Under the pieces are notes generated by a model. That model was not told the origin of the DNA and made no database searches. It saw only the letters and a list, made by a program, of their open reading frames with translations. A stretch of 64,000 nt of DNA from Fimbriosthenelais zetlandica. Taxonomy: Eukaryota. The translations under genes and the position numbers were made by a program. Shown here piece by piece: positions 21,781 to 35,800 of this stretch. Position 1 is the stretch's first letter, and every line of letters begins with the position of its first letter. The DNA is taken from positions 10,230,001 through 10,294,000 of the forward strand of contig OZ365115.1 of NCBI GenBank assembly GCA_977030845.1, in the 5' to 3' direction.

Positions 21781-23117
21781 CTGAAAAGACATAAAATACT
21801 AAAATTAATTATATGGTTTATATGGTCTGAAGCTTAAAGCTTATCGATGTAGTCAGTATTATCCATATGCTAGACCTACTTAGTTAATATTGAAAAGGTC
21901 TCTTGACAAGTCTTGAGAACCCTTTCCAGATTATTGGTTATGTAATGTATTGCTGGATTTTCATATTAACTAAGTCTGGACCAATTATGGGTGCATGTAT
22001 TTACTGCCACAAATACATTGTTCTAAACCTTAAATTCCACATAAGAAAGCTTATTTGACTATGAATGTCACGAGGTTACTTTGGGATGATTTGCATGCCC
22101 TGGTTAAAGAAAATTGCATCAACCGACAATTACCGCTATCCAATTACAAAGGTATAACTGGTCCAACGAAAGGTAACAAAATTCTCTTCTCCGACACATT
22201 GGGTAAATATAAGCTTGTAAAGTGATTTATTTATTGCATGGGTAGGTAAGGCACCAAAGCTAAGAGCGTTAAAGCTTTGACTAAATAGACTTAGGACTTC
22301 ATCCTTCAATGCTCTGTCAGAAACCTCCAAGCATTCATGAGGAGATTTTCCATTTATGTTATGATATCAATGTATAAACCTATTTTATCTCGCGGATATT
22401 AGCCTAAGAGCATTAAAGCTGATATCAATGAGGGTTTTCTTCGTGAATTCCATAATGGCATACATTTTGTCACAAAGTAGCTTGGGTCTAAGATGCTTAC
22501 TTAATTGGACAGATGCCATGCAGTTGTTAAAGGACCTAGATCTAATTGAAGAGACCCCAAATTAGCAGTCTCAATATGTACATTGCTGAAGCGGAAAATA
22601 AGAAACTATAAGACAAAATCATTGGCCACTATGCCTTGCTTATATTAAAGTAGAACTCCTGAATATACCAGAAATTAGTGCCCAATGCTTTACAAAAGAC
22701 AATACATATATGTTTTTCTATTTCTGTGTATGGAAGTAGGAAGAAAGTAGGGAACAAAGGGCAGGTATTAAGACAAAAATAACTTTGCCTATTATATATT
22801 GTGCCTAACCACCAAACTTACACCTTTAAGTCCTCTATGACAATGGGCTTTGGTAACTATAGCTTTGTAAACAACCCTGGAATTCATAGATATCTGGGGG
22901 TGCAAATAACTATATATAGTAATAGGGATGTATGTATTATTTGGGACTTTCGAGTCCTAGATGGCGACTGATCCGTGAACTTCAATGGACGAAGAAGTGT
23001 CAAACAAGTATTTAAAATTCAAATGAAAATAAAAACTAATAATATGTAAATTGCAATGACTCCAGGTTGACAATGGTAGTTTGTCAGGAATGGAGTATGG
23101 GTCTCTTTTACACTTAC

Positions 23118-23260
23118 CCATACCTTTTTAGGGTGCCTAGAGGGTTGTTATTCATCTCAATCTCATCATGAACAGCAGAAGTTGCTTCAACCCTTCTCCT
23201 ATCTGTGTGCACCCATCCTACATTCCGCCGTGAACTTTCCCCTTTTCTTCTTTTATCCAT
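23118..23260 (-). CDS. KCNAB2: Candidate alternative first coding exon of KCNAB
   Basis: ATG-initiated open frame MDKRRKGESSRRNVGWVHTDRRRVEATSAVHDEIEMNNNPLGTLKRYG ending TAT GG|gtaagt, phase 2, compatible with the exon at 21780. Confidence 0.45.
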
Positions 23261-26200
23261 GTTGTATCAATGTGTTATTGTCCGGGAGAATGTTGATATG
23301 ATTATTGTATTGTAAAATCCGTTTGACTAAGTGTTGAAAGTTGGACCTTTAAGAAGATGTTATAAGGTAAGCGAATCTCTGGTGTGGTTGCAGGTGGATG
23401 GAGAAATGCAGTATGTGTGGAGGAGACGGGTATAAGGTAGCCTATATATAGCATTCTCTGAGCTAAATCTTTCTCTCTCCTGTGTCCCCCACTCTCTCTA
23501 AAGCATGACCTGACACTACAATGTTATGTTGGTGCACAGGCACCTTGCAATCCTAAGCATTAGACTCTGTCATAAATTACATGTAGGGATCATATTGAAG
23601 TGAGAGGAGCTAACCACACTAAAGCTAACTTAAAGCTTCTTTTGGCATTTAAAGTGGGTTTACAATGTTTTCCATATACCAGTATATATGTCCCATTTCT
23701 GGGTAACATATACTAACTGCGTGGATTTGAGAAATTCATGGTTGAAATGGAAGGAAGTCAAATTGTAGGTGCCACAGATTTGCTCTTTTGCTCGAGAGGA
23801 ATTTGAGTTTAAAATGTCAACGAGACCCTTGTGGGTCACAGTGAAAGATGATGCCTGATGCTTCAGCAGTGAGTTCCTGACAATCTGAGAGGTCATATCA
23901 GGTTATTACTATATACTTATGTATTAAGAAAAAGACAAGACACAGACAGGAATAATGTCAACGGAAGCATAAATAAATACATAATGTTCCCATGATTTAT
24001 CCCTCTATAATCCATCTATTTAGATGGATTGGTTATCTATTGGATCGATATACATCATGGATTAGCTGATATACATGAACATGCTCCCTTTGCAAGACAC
24101 CAATGTCTGGCATCTTGAAAACTTGCAGTTACTTATCTTGTATCTTACGTAAATCATCAGGTAAAATAAGGCTCCCTCTTTCATGTATGCTGCCTATTAA
24201 TTGGCTGTTAGATGTGAAGGTAATTAGGTAGAGCTTGATTGAGTGATCCCCTTGGACTTCTATTAGAATGGAGATTGATGACGAGAGATGGGGGACCAGA
24301 GGGAAGGCCATAGAAGAATAATCGGGGAGAGGAACTTCTAAGATGGAAGAAGAAATAGAACGGCCAAAAACTATCTTTGGCTTGTTGCCCAGAGGAACAT
24401 ATAACTTTAGTTTCCTATTTCATTACTCCGGGATCATTAAAAGGAATTTCCAATGCTAGCGTGAATATGCTCTTATTGGAATCAGACATTCAGAGAATTA
24501 TCAATTATGAGTCTGATAACGTAATGTTTGTGATGAATTGCTTTATATTTAGATCGAAGCTTCCTGCACGGAATCCCCAGAAACATTATAGTTGCTAGTG
24601 TGTAAATAGATTGCTTGAATTTGACACTTGTTTCCGTGATTTAAACAAGATGCTCAGTCACGAAATGTTCACAATATTTGTTTCCTCCCGTCTAGGATTC
24701 ATTGTTCATTCCCTAACTTTTAATCCTATCAATGTAATAAGGTCCATATCAGTGTACAAACATCAGATTTGCAGGCTGGGTCGGATTCAACTTAAAAAGA
24801 TGGAAGCCACAATGAATGAAATAGGGAAGGGATTCCATTTAATTTAGAAGATTGGTTTTGTTTGGGGGATGGATCCTTTATCGAATAATTAGAGATCTGG
24901 ACCGGGAATTGTTATAGAGTTATAAATTCAAATGAAACTGAACAAAATGGAACTAAAACTGAAGCAGAACTAACTGCTTGTAAAAACATATCTTTATATT
25001 ATATATACTACAAGTACATTAACAGACTGTGAACAGTTGTGCCTATATAAGGGACTTGTTGTTTCCATGGAAAGTGATCAGAGATGATCATAGTTATACG
25101 ATTTAGAAAAAGGCTCATACAGGAGGTCAATATTCAATGAAGCCTTTCTCAGCTAATGTTCCAGGCGACGTCACTGATGCCTAATCACCCAAGAAAAGGG
25201 CTCAGCCTCTGACTATTACATTCCGTGGATGGCAGAAAAAACTAAGACAAATCCCATCCTATTACTTCTCCCCCTGTCAGAACCAACAATCTTCCCCGCA
25301 CCATCTGGCACAGCGCTCTGTCTGTCTTAATTTGATCTGCAAACCAGTTGAACCTTTCCCCATATTAAAACAGAACAATATCATTTTCAAACCTTTCAAT
25401 TTGGATCAGTATTTGGATTAGCCGTTGGTGCACGATTTTACTGTGCACTAATCTGCTTGGTGTACAGTTTTGGCATCTCTTAAGTTGAATGTAGGTAGAG
25501 AGAGATTTTTTTTACATTTTTGCTGACACCCAGGTTCTAACCAGCATTCACATCTTGGAGTCAGCAAGATTAAACTACATTAGCCTGATAGCTAGTGTGT
25601 CACTGAAGCAGAATGCTGCATAGTGTCTCAGAGCAGAGTGCTGGAACAATGTCATTGGTTTGGGTGGGCCAGTCTTACCAGTGGTTGTCTTCAGTTAATT
25701 TAGGTAGACTACTAGTGCAATGTAGTAGTAACGGTAGGCCTAGTGTTCTTACTGTTAGATTGCTTTGCAAAAATCTGAGCCATGATCCTTGCTGAAACCA
25801 TTCTTATCCCAAACTGCACCTACTTCCACTTGTAATAACTCATGGTTGTCCTTCAATCTATACATTGATCCACGTTGATCAGAATCTACCTCTCTCTGCC
25901 TAATCCTCCCCACGACTGATCGCTTAGTTCTGTCTCCAACTACTATTGACAATAGGCAGGACTAGTCGATGACCGGCAGTAGGCGAAGGAGGAGGCAGGA
26001 CAAAAGGATTACTATGTCAATGTCTCCGGGGGAAATCTGTTCTGGCAGCAGGGGCTATTGTGGGCATGAGAGAGAGGGGACTTACTGCAGCAGGCTATGC
26101 ATGTGAAGAATGGATAATTTTGTACATTTCCCATGTTACCTTCTACCTTCTTTTTTTAAACCTCCTCTTTCCAATTTATCGTCTACAAAAGAAAAATTCT

Positions 26201-29200
26201 TTTACGTCTTGCATTTCTCTGTTCGTACAGTCCCTCTTCTGACTTAGAATTTCAGTTAAATTTCATGAGCTTGGCCCAAGTCTATTCTAGCATCAATACA
26301 GTCATTGATGAAACCTAAACGTGGTTTTTAATTGATCAATTAATACTGAGCATTTTCAATTATGCCAAGTGTGAGCGGCTCCTTGTTCACAATGTATTCA
26401 TATCGTTTCTCACTGAATTTTTCATTATTGTAGGGGGCCTATTAGTGACGTCATATTATAAATGTCTTCTTTAACTACAGTAGGGGGGGACACACCGGTA
26501 TCTCGCCGAGACGTTTCTTTCCAATCTCATTACTTCCTTACATGTCTTAGTCCCAACTTAGTCACCAGATGTCTCTGTATGGTCACCATAGCAACCGGCC
26601 CTATGTTGCCTCTTTTCTCGTTTAGCGCGAGATCGTCTCATTAGGACGAGATGTTCCAAATGGTCGCAGTAATGCTGCAGCAAATCAGTGTGACACTAGA
26701 CTCGCAGTAATCCAATGCCTTACAATCTGATTGGATGAAATTCAGCCTTGGCATCTCCCATCCAACATGAGAGTAATCATGTAGCCGATGAAGCGACAAT
26801 AAATACTTCCTCCTGTTTTGACAGTGCTCATTCTTTGAAATATTAGAAGGAAAGAAGTCCTCTGATAATATTTCATGTTACCAAAGGAAGGGAGGGTTAA
26901 ATAGATGTCCTGAATCACTATTGATGTTGGGAATGGACGAACTTCCTGTGGGTAGAGAAAAGAATTATTGATGAGAAAATAAGCTCATCATGAGAGAGTA
27001 AGAGTTACCATTTGTGACCTTGACATACCAGAATAGACACAACTAACCTAGCTTGATCATGACCAGGTCATAGGTCCATGGAATAGTTGGATATTATATT
27101 ATCCCTCTTAAAGGTGCCACCTAGTTATATTAGAGATAGATTCAGCGAACTTATTTTAGGACATGTACATTGGGAGATTCTTTTAATAACCTTAGGCATT
27201 TCGCACAGAGGATGTATTTCAGCTCATTATGATATATATGCCTCTTGATCCTAAAGTAGAGGTTACAGATGATTATGGTACACAAATTCTCCAAAAGAAT
27301 GATTATTATTAATTGGGAACATTGCTTATACGTGAGCTGGGACTGCAATGTAGCGCAGAACAATTCTTTGGAGACGCTGTAATGTTATAGGACAATATAT
27401 AATGCACATTAAGAATGGGCGAGCCAGCTGAGCAACTGTTTGTTGTCTAAATATGATTAACCGATACCAATTCATATGATGAATGGTTATTATGGGCTAA
27501 AACAAACAGGGCTTTATGTCCACTGGAGATTAGCTCTCCATGGCCCAGTGATCAGAAAACAGAATTAGTGATAATGACCAGCAGAAGCCAAGTTCAGGAA
27601 AGTGTTCCATCAATAGGCTGCATACAGTCAGCCTCTGTTCACAATCCCATAGATAGCCAACGTTATTTCAAAGGCAGCTTAGAAAATATAAGGAGATAAT
27701 GAAAGGTATTTTTACCATTTCTCCAATTAGGCAGCCCATAAGCTCTTTTAGGCTTGGTGTAGAACCACACTGGCAGAACCAGTATCCAAGTACATGTACA
27801 TTATTTTAGTACCAGTACAAAAATAGTACTAGTAGTAGAATTAGGCCTAGAAATGCAAGGAACACTCACGAATCAACCCGTACATAGGAGACCTTCCATG
27901 GACTGATGTGAAAAACATTGGATAATATTTAAAAATCATTTTAAAACACTTACTGAGACATGGAGTCTTAATATTCCAAAGTAGCAGTGGTATAACATTT
28001 TGTACGAATGCCTCTACACCCTTCCACACATTCACATAATAGCATTGCTCACATGTAGGCCTACAGATACCACTATGACTTGTGATTGTACCCAATTCCT
28101 CGGCCATCCCTCTCCTTCTCTTCACAATTATGTTTCTCGTATTATAGATTTTCCTTTTATCTTCCAGCGCCATTTTGCGAGGCAACTATCCATATGGATT
28201 ATACCATTACCATCTCGTGACGCTATAGATCTATATATACACCACAATGGGGGTAAGTAATGCACCACATTATGTGTTATTTAGATCTTTTTATATTCCC
28301 TAAGTGTCTATTATTCCCACTTGAAATGCACTTTTATTTCCAACCTTGATTAGACACATGTTTGAGACACTTTTACTATAAGCAGTTCAATTGCCAATAC
28401 ACTCTATGATATGTGAAATTAGATTGAACCAATGTTTGCACAAGCTTGGGGCCATCCAAAAGGTCGTCAAAAGGTCGTTGATTGATCCAAGTATGACCTG
28501 GTTGACCTTCTTGAGATCTGCTGAAGCTCGATCCGAAAAAGAAATTAGCCATAGACTTAGCATTGCTTATTTCCACCAGCTATTACAGCTTACATTCCCA
28601 TACATATAGAAAAACCTCAAATAGTGTACTATATTCTGGGTCTGTATTAGTAGGAAGGAATGCCTTGGAATTATAGGTGCAAAGCCACATAATGACCCCC
28701 ATTTCCTGGGCCTACTCTGGCAAAACTGATGACAGTCAACATTTCAGCCCATACAAGGCATATTAGGCTGAGTGAATGCAGCATCAGTCTACATGTTGGC
28801 AAGGTCCAGCTCATACTTCCTCCGCATTTTGGTGAACAATGACAGGTGAATAAAGCCATCATATGACAGGTGGTTTATGGCTAAGCCAGGGGTCAGGGTG
28901 GCCTTGCATACATTATACAGCCTGGTAATTTATACGATGAGCCTGCTTGTTACCATATTCATAACATACTCCCTTTCATCCAAGCTTGACAATTAGTCAA
29001 GGAATAACTTTCCTTGCAGCTCGAGAGATAATAGCCAATGTATATATTCATATGCAAAAGACTTTTGAACAGTGGCAAATATGAATATGAACACTTTAAT
29101 AGGGGCAATACATTATGTGTCATACGAATCCAGGATTTCAGTAAGGGGGACCCCAGAAAACAATTCATCATTATTTGCGAAAATTTACTAAAATTGTCCT

Positions 29201-30391
29201 ACATCTGGACCTACATATAACTGTCCCTAACCAGTGTTGTAAATATATGACAAGATTATTGGAAATCATTCAATTGTAGACCTATAGCTGGCCTAGGGTA
29301 TATAATTGTGACGCTAAAGTGGGGCACATGCCCCCTCTGGATCCCACATTACAAACAGTCAGTTTTAATTGAGAAATTCCCAGGTCATTTATTTAATTGA
29401 TTTGCACTTAATTAACTTTCGCTGCAAAATGTGAGATGACTGAATGATCATCGTGTTACGTAAATGGCAATGCTATTGTTCTTTTCTTCAGAGGTAGCTG
29501 TCAAAAGCTTGACATTTTCCACTCCTTTAAGCCTTTTAATTCAAAATCCTGTTTGACATTAGTGGAGACTTTTCATTGCGACAATAGCTATATAGGCTAG
29601 CCTATTCAACAGACACTCAGATACTAACGGGGGAATATCAGCATCAATGGTTTTTTCTTCAAAGAACCAGATACTCCAGGGCCCAGGGAGACTTTAGAAG
29701 CATATCCCAGTTTAGAACCAATATTTGTATAATCCTATAGTTTTTCTGGAGGAGTTCTGATATGTCAACGGCTGATTGGCTTCTGTCAACAAAGGAAAGG
29801 ACAGTACAGTGACATGTGCACTTCACTTCAACAAAGTCCAACTTCCTGTGCAGTAGAGATAAAGGAGACTTCTAAACAGCAGGAAGACTAAACCGGGATA
29901 TCCTTCTTTCTCCCTTTTTTCTAAACCTTTTGACCTCCAGGCGGCAAGCAGAGCATTGATGGGTGCCTTTAAAACTAAAATGTCAGACAGGAAATTGAAA
30001 TTTTCTTCTTGTGGTGAAGACTGGATGCTCTTTTACCTGTAAATGTACATATATGTCGAATGGCAGAAACACTATACTTGCAATTAGATACCGTTAATAT
30101 ATTACTTTCAATTATACACCTGGGGCCTCTTTATGCCTAGTAATTTTCCATTACCTGTGGCAATTGTCCGTCTGAAAAAGGCCCCAGGTCCCATGTCTTC
30201 ATTATGGAGCAAAATAATATGGGAATAGTTGTTGCACAGCTTCCAATCCATGTCCTTAATCCACCAAAACAATCTCCCCCCGCCCCCGACCCAAAAACAG
30301 TGGTCAGTGGACAAAACTTATGCCATTACTTGACCGAAAATCTACCATCGTTTGCCCATTAGTAAAATGTTTAGATTTAATCTCATCTAAC

Positions 30392-30834
30392 CTGTAATGT
30401 TTTCGCAGCATGCTTGGAGAATGATGTGGGGTAGTCGTTAAGTCAATACTTCTGTTTTGGTTGAAATCTCGATCATCAGTTATGTCACGGCCTCCAATGA
30501 AAAGGTCGCATCCACCAATGCCACCTCGCCCAATTATGACGTCACGATTACTGAGACTAAAGCGTTCTCGGCCTCCTCCAATGTTGTCACGTGTTGCTCC
30601 TCCAGGCCGACACAAACGGAGGCCCCCCTGGCGGGTACATCGGAAACATTCAAGGTCGGAGGCCAGAAGCTCCGACGTTTCACTGGAGTCCGCCAGGTTG
30701 AAAGTGTCCACAAGTGACGTCACACGAAGCCCTAAATCTTTGTCAGAGCACTGGAAGCAGTGCCGAATAAAGATGGCTTCTAATTTGCCTCCTTGTGTCT
30801 TGTAATTTAGCTTGTAGATGTCATTGGAGATCGA
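30392..30834 (-). CDS. KCNAB2: Candidate alternative N-terminal exon of KCNAB (only ATG gives MLRKHYR; long ATG-less in-frame upstream extension)
   Basis: Ends CAT TAC AG|gttaga, recreating the family-typical YR|NLGKSG junction in phase 2. Frame is open for 147 codons up to a TGA at 30835-30837; the only in-frame ATG is at 30411. Confidence 0.55.
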
Positions 30835-31149
30835 TCATGCATAGCCTCACAATGGTCTCCAGAGCAGGTCCTTTCAGAAACGTTGTTTCAGTTCAGCTTT
30901 CTCCTGAACCTATTAACAATTCTAGTTTCAATTTCGCTCAGTCAGTTCACAGAACCCAGAGGTGTCATCTGCAGCGAGATACTTGATTGTAGTTATTTCC
31001 CAAAGTATATAAAATTAATGAAGTCTATTTGACAGTAGATCCATTCATGCAGAAATGAGATTGAACCTTGTCATTGAAATAAGTCAATGTTCTGTGCTTA
31101 TATAACAGCTGTAGTTTGATCACTGATAAATCATGAACTACTGAAGCTC

Positions 31150-32800
31150 CTGCAGAATGGATCAGAAGTATTAACTACATTTGAAGATAGATCTGTATAA
31201 CATACCTAGCATTTTCCAGGGGATGTATCAGGGAATATCTTGAGCAAGTCCAACAGGTCTTAGAGACATTGTGGTACAGTTTTCTCTCTGTCTGACCTAT
31301 ATTTGCTGCTAGATTCTTTATTACTAGTCCTGATGGTAAACTTTCCGATTACTAATACACCCGACAGGTTCTTGCCTAACAGGAAGAGCTCGGAAGTCTT
31401 TGTTCTGCTCATTACAGACACCAGCTTAGGTATTACTCGCCTGCAGCTCGTTCCTCCATTCTCTTTTTGAGAACACTGGTCAGCACATACTTTCTGAATC
31501 CTCCACTCCGGTAAAAAATTTCAAACGTGTCATCCGTTAACTCATGACGTTTCTGCAGGGGCAAGGAATGACTGATATGTGATTTTGATTCTAGTTAGAG
31601 TTTCTGACATTGTCCATTTCATCTCCATGTCTAAATGTAAATTCTGCTAATATACATCCAGCAAATGGCTCCTCTTTCCCCTGTCCTCTCCTACAGTATA
31701 GATCGTGATCCAAGCAGAAGTAATCCGATCGAGTAATCATAGGTCAGGATGAAATAAACCTGAAGTCCATGGTCTCATGCTTTAAATGAGTGATACTAAC
31801 TAAAAGTATTTAGGAGAACCTCTCCTGTGTTAAGTAGTCATGTGTCGATGGCAGAACACCTGAACTCATCTCTTAGTGACATATTGCTTTTAAAATATTC
31901 ACGAACATCAAGTGAACAGGAGAGGGGATGGGAGCTCCTTTGAGGTCAATCACTCAACCAAGGCTTTTATAATTCATACAAAGTACACGTAATACTGATT
32001 AGTTAAGAGTGACTTGATAGAAAGAAGACCTGCATCTAATGCCCATGAGTGATCCATAAGTCACCAGAACATTAATTTTGCACCTATTCCTAACAACAGA
32101 GTTAATATCCATGGGGATGGCAGAAAGGACTATTCTGTGATAGTGCACATCTGGTCAGTGATTAAATAGGCCCTGAAAATCCTAACTCTGCCATCCTGTC
32201 AGACTCGACAGATCCTCTTTTGCATTCAAGGGTTCGAGCAGTATTTTAAATGAAGGTTTTACCTTTGTGCCGACTGCAGGTGAACCCAACAACTAGCACC
32301 TGTTTTGACCTTTAGCCAGTTTAGCAATAAAATAATGAATGCGATTGATCATGGGACACATTGGTGTATCATTGGTATCCCCTGCAGCAACGAGATCGGC
32401 TGTGGTAGAAATGCATCATCTTCTCCCGGGAGAATAGCTTAACAGAGGTAGTATGCTTTTAACAGTAGGCTCAGTGTCCAGGGGCCATTAGCCTCTCATT
32501 TCAGCTCATCAGGAGGGCATTTGAACACATCGATTAATGACTGCGTTCACCACACAGTCCCAGCTGTATGTGGTATCCAGATTAATGTTCCCAAGTTCTG
32601 CAGTAAGGTCATTTTGCTCTTTTCCATATTAAAGTTTCTCACATATATGTATTAAATCTCGACTGATTAATCCATAATTGTACAGATTGATCCCTTGTGA
32701 CTTTTTGAGGAATTCTGTCCTGTGGAGGCCCTAGTTCATTGCCTTTTTGTTCCATCTACACATATCCTGCAGTAGTTGATGAAACAAGTCTGCTCAACAG
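31150..32800 (-). mobile_element. Highly decayed non-LTR retrotransposon (LINE) remnant, clade unresolved
   Basis: Fragmentary motifs in LINE order on the - strand: DGTKKA..LGPPQ (~32710-32757, resembling RTE-type MYDGIKKALGPTQ as remembered), LPGEDD (~32415-32432), PQRS..SPLLFT (~31911-31945); many stops and frameshifts. Confidence 0.4.
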
Positions 32801-35800
32801 CAGAACCTCATGTCACATCCAGAGTTCCTGTAATTCTAGTAGGCAAAATGTCCAATAAACACTCCTCAATCATCACCCATCTAAATGCCAGTGTAGGAAA
32901 TGCTCATTTTACTTCGAATTATTACGTTTAAAGAGAGTAAAAATGTTGTGACTTGATTCTGAGGCTGAGTGATGGTGGGTGGGGTTGGTGCTATGGTGGT
33001 GACGGTGTGTTAGAATAGTATTGTGAGGAGTATAGATGTGGGGTGCTTGTTCAGTGAGGACCGGTTGGCTGGTGAGGAAGCGGATGGTTGGGAGTACCGT
33101 TGGGAGAGGATGAATCTCTCTCACTGGAGCCAACACTAAACATAAGCATGAGAGGCTGGAGGCAGCTCGATCAGGACTTGGTGTATAGTGGCAGTGTCTA
33201 CATGCAGGACTTAGCAGCAGGTGTCGCCCAGGGGAAAGGCATCATCACCTATATATTTATACAGCAGGTAACTGCAACAAGGGGGAACATACATGTACAT
33301 GTACATAATACACACTATAGGGCCTATTATACATACACCTGAGATACCTTACAGGCCATGGCTAATACCCATGGTCTATCCATGATTACCCTCATGGTAC
33401 CTGCTAATTTGTACCATCTTAAGATCAACAATTACCAGTACTCTGTATTGGAAACATGAGCCATAGAACTAATGAAGAGTACTTACGACATCTGCAGGTA
33501 GAGGCGTGCTAGCCCAAGTATTGGTGGTGACATTAATGTGCAGATATCAGGTGTTAGAAGAAAATTATTGCTTTGTACATGAAAAGCCATTTCCGCCGGT
33601 TATTCTGCAGATAATTGGTGCTCTGTCCCCACAATGCACCTGATGTATGTGATTAGATAATGCTCACCAGTTGAATTCACTGGATTTCATGTTCCAGGTG
33701 CGTTTCTGGTTGGATTTCTGTTATTGTTTGTATAGGGATCAGATTAAACAATATACCACTGCCAGGTACATCATGTGCACATGCAGCAGTGTAAACCCAA
33801 CTTACTTGATAAAATTAATGTATAAAATGTTAAAATATGACTCCGTGTGACTGTGACTCTCACATGCGTTTTACCTGAATGCTTAATGAAAATCAGATGA
33901 CATTGCTTTTGAGATATAACACAGTTAGTAACCCCTGGTTATCTTTGGATGTGGGATAAGATGTATCAATAATGTTGGATGATTGATGATGACAATATTC
34001 CCCTTTACGTGGAATATCACTCAAGTGTTAATCGACAAAAGATGCTACTGTATTGGGCAAAAGTAACAGGCAGTAGGTTGCCAAGCCAGTAATCAATCAG
34101 ACACCTTTCTAAATCAGATATGAATACGCTGGACAGTCTAAAGTCTGATCCCTTAAAATAGATAACCAAATGAATAGTTCTACAGAGTGCATGGCAATCG
34201 ACCTTACTGATGCCACTGCTTTGTGCCAAATTCAGTTCATCTGGCCTTCTAGGTGTGAATCTAGACTGGCTCAACTCCCAACAGACTTTTCCCAGTCCGA
34301 ATCATGTAGGCATTCTCTACTGATATAGATATAGATATAGCTCCATCAATATCTATCAAATTTAATGGATATCTTTTCATCCCATACAGATGAAAAAACT
34401 GCACTTTGTAACAGTTACTGTCAAGGCACTTATAATAACTTCAAACATAGCTGAGGTATAGAGGTAAAAGCAGAAGAATTATCAGCCTATATGGGATGTG
34501 TTGTGGACGGGACAGATATCTGCTCTATTCATATCACGAGCTCCCCCGTGAACAACTCGACCATAAAACCTGCCCTTGATAACATGGAATCAGATCCCCT
34601 GGTGGACACAATGGAAATCATTTGAAAACGGATGGAATGGGTGTTACATAATTGCTCACTGCGTTTTGCATGACCGCAGCACTATTTTATGGAGTCGGGC
34701 ACGCGAAATGATTAGCCTAAACCATTGTGTTCCAGATCAAATCTTTACAATAGCCCGGTGAATGATAATTATGGCAGGTGGGGTTTCCACTGCAGCATCT
34801 AAAGTGCTGAGCGAGGAAAAGAACATTCAGCAATCACATGACAATGTATTGTGACAGAGAATAAGCTGGAAAGCATTGAATATGAAAACTGGATTTAAAA
34901 TGCTAACTATTGTTACTGGCTGAAAATATCCTCAGCATGCAATAGTACCCGTCTCACTTATTTTGTTTATAGCCCATCCCTTTGCATTATTGTGTTTATT
35001 CCTCCATATAATTATGAGGCATGATCCCATACATCATGCAATGTGATACAAACTAATCCATCCCTTTTGCTTGTAGATTACAGGTGGATGAATTTCGAGC
35101 CAATAACAAACTAGTGTTGAGACATTCACCCATCCTGTTTTGAAATCCCGATGGTGAATAAGCAATAATTATGGGACAATTCAGCAGAACGTCAGCTGGT
35201 GCTTTTCAGTGTTTATCTCAATAGCTTCTAAATGAAATCCATAGGCTATAGGTTCTATAGATGGATGAGTGCCATTATGAGCTGCCTAAAAGCTTCGGAC
35301 AGTTTCATTCTGAAAAATATAGAGGAAAAAGAAAGGAAGAAAAGAATCATTCAGCTGGATGCCAGACGTCCTCTGAATTTCCAGAATAGATTACTGGATG
35401 GAGTGACAGATGGCAAAGACAAGGTCGGGTCACATCCTATAATATGCCAGCTTCATTCTCCACCCAACACATGGCATGGGAACTATTTCTCGGGCAAGTT
35501 GTCAGCTTTTTTGTCTGCGCTTTGGTGACATAGCTTTCTCACTTATCTGGATTACTTGGCTTAGCTCTGAATACCATCGCTATTTCCCACATTTCATATT
35601 GAAAGGATGGTTGGAACTGAACCTTCAATACTGGATGTACCAGTCAAGCCTTTCAATTTGCCAATTGTACTATGCTAAATTGCCTAAACTATACAATAAG
35701 ATCATCTGAAAATCCTATACAGCCTTACAGACTCTGCCTTCCTACTGCTTGCCTATCTGGGCAGGATGACAATCAATGATCCTCAGTTTCATTGTTTACC

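Noticed and set aside
25755-26060. Hydrophobic stretch followed by RTKRS on the - strand, resembling a secreted precursor
   Set aside because: In-frame TAG codons upstream, no ATG and no usable splice sites.
30037-30075. MYIYR|gtaaaa donor that would also fit NLGKSG in phase 2
   Set aside because: AT-rich and only five codons; no supporting acceptor or promoter features; likely chance.
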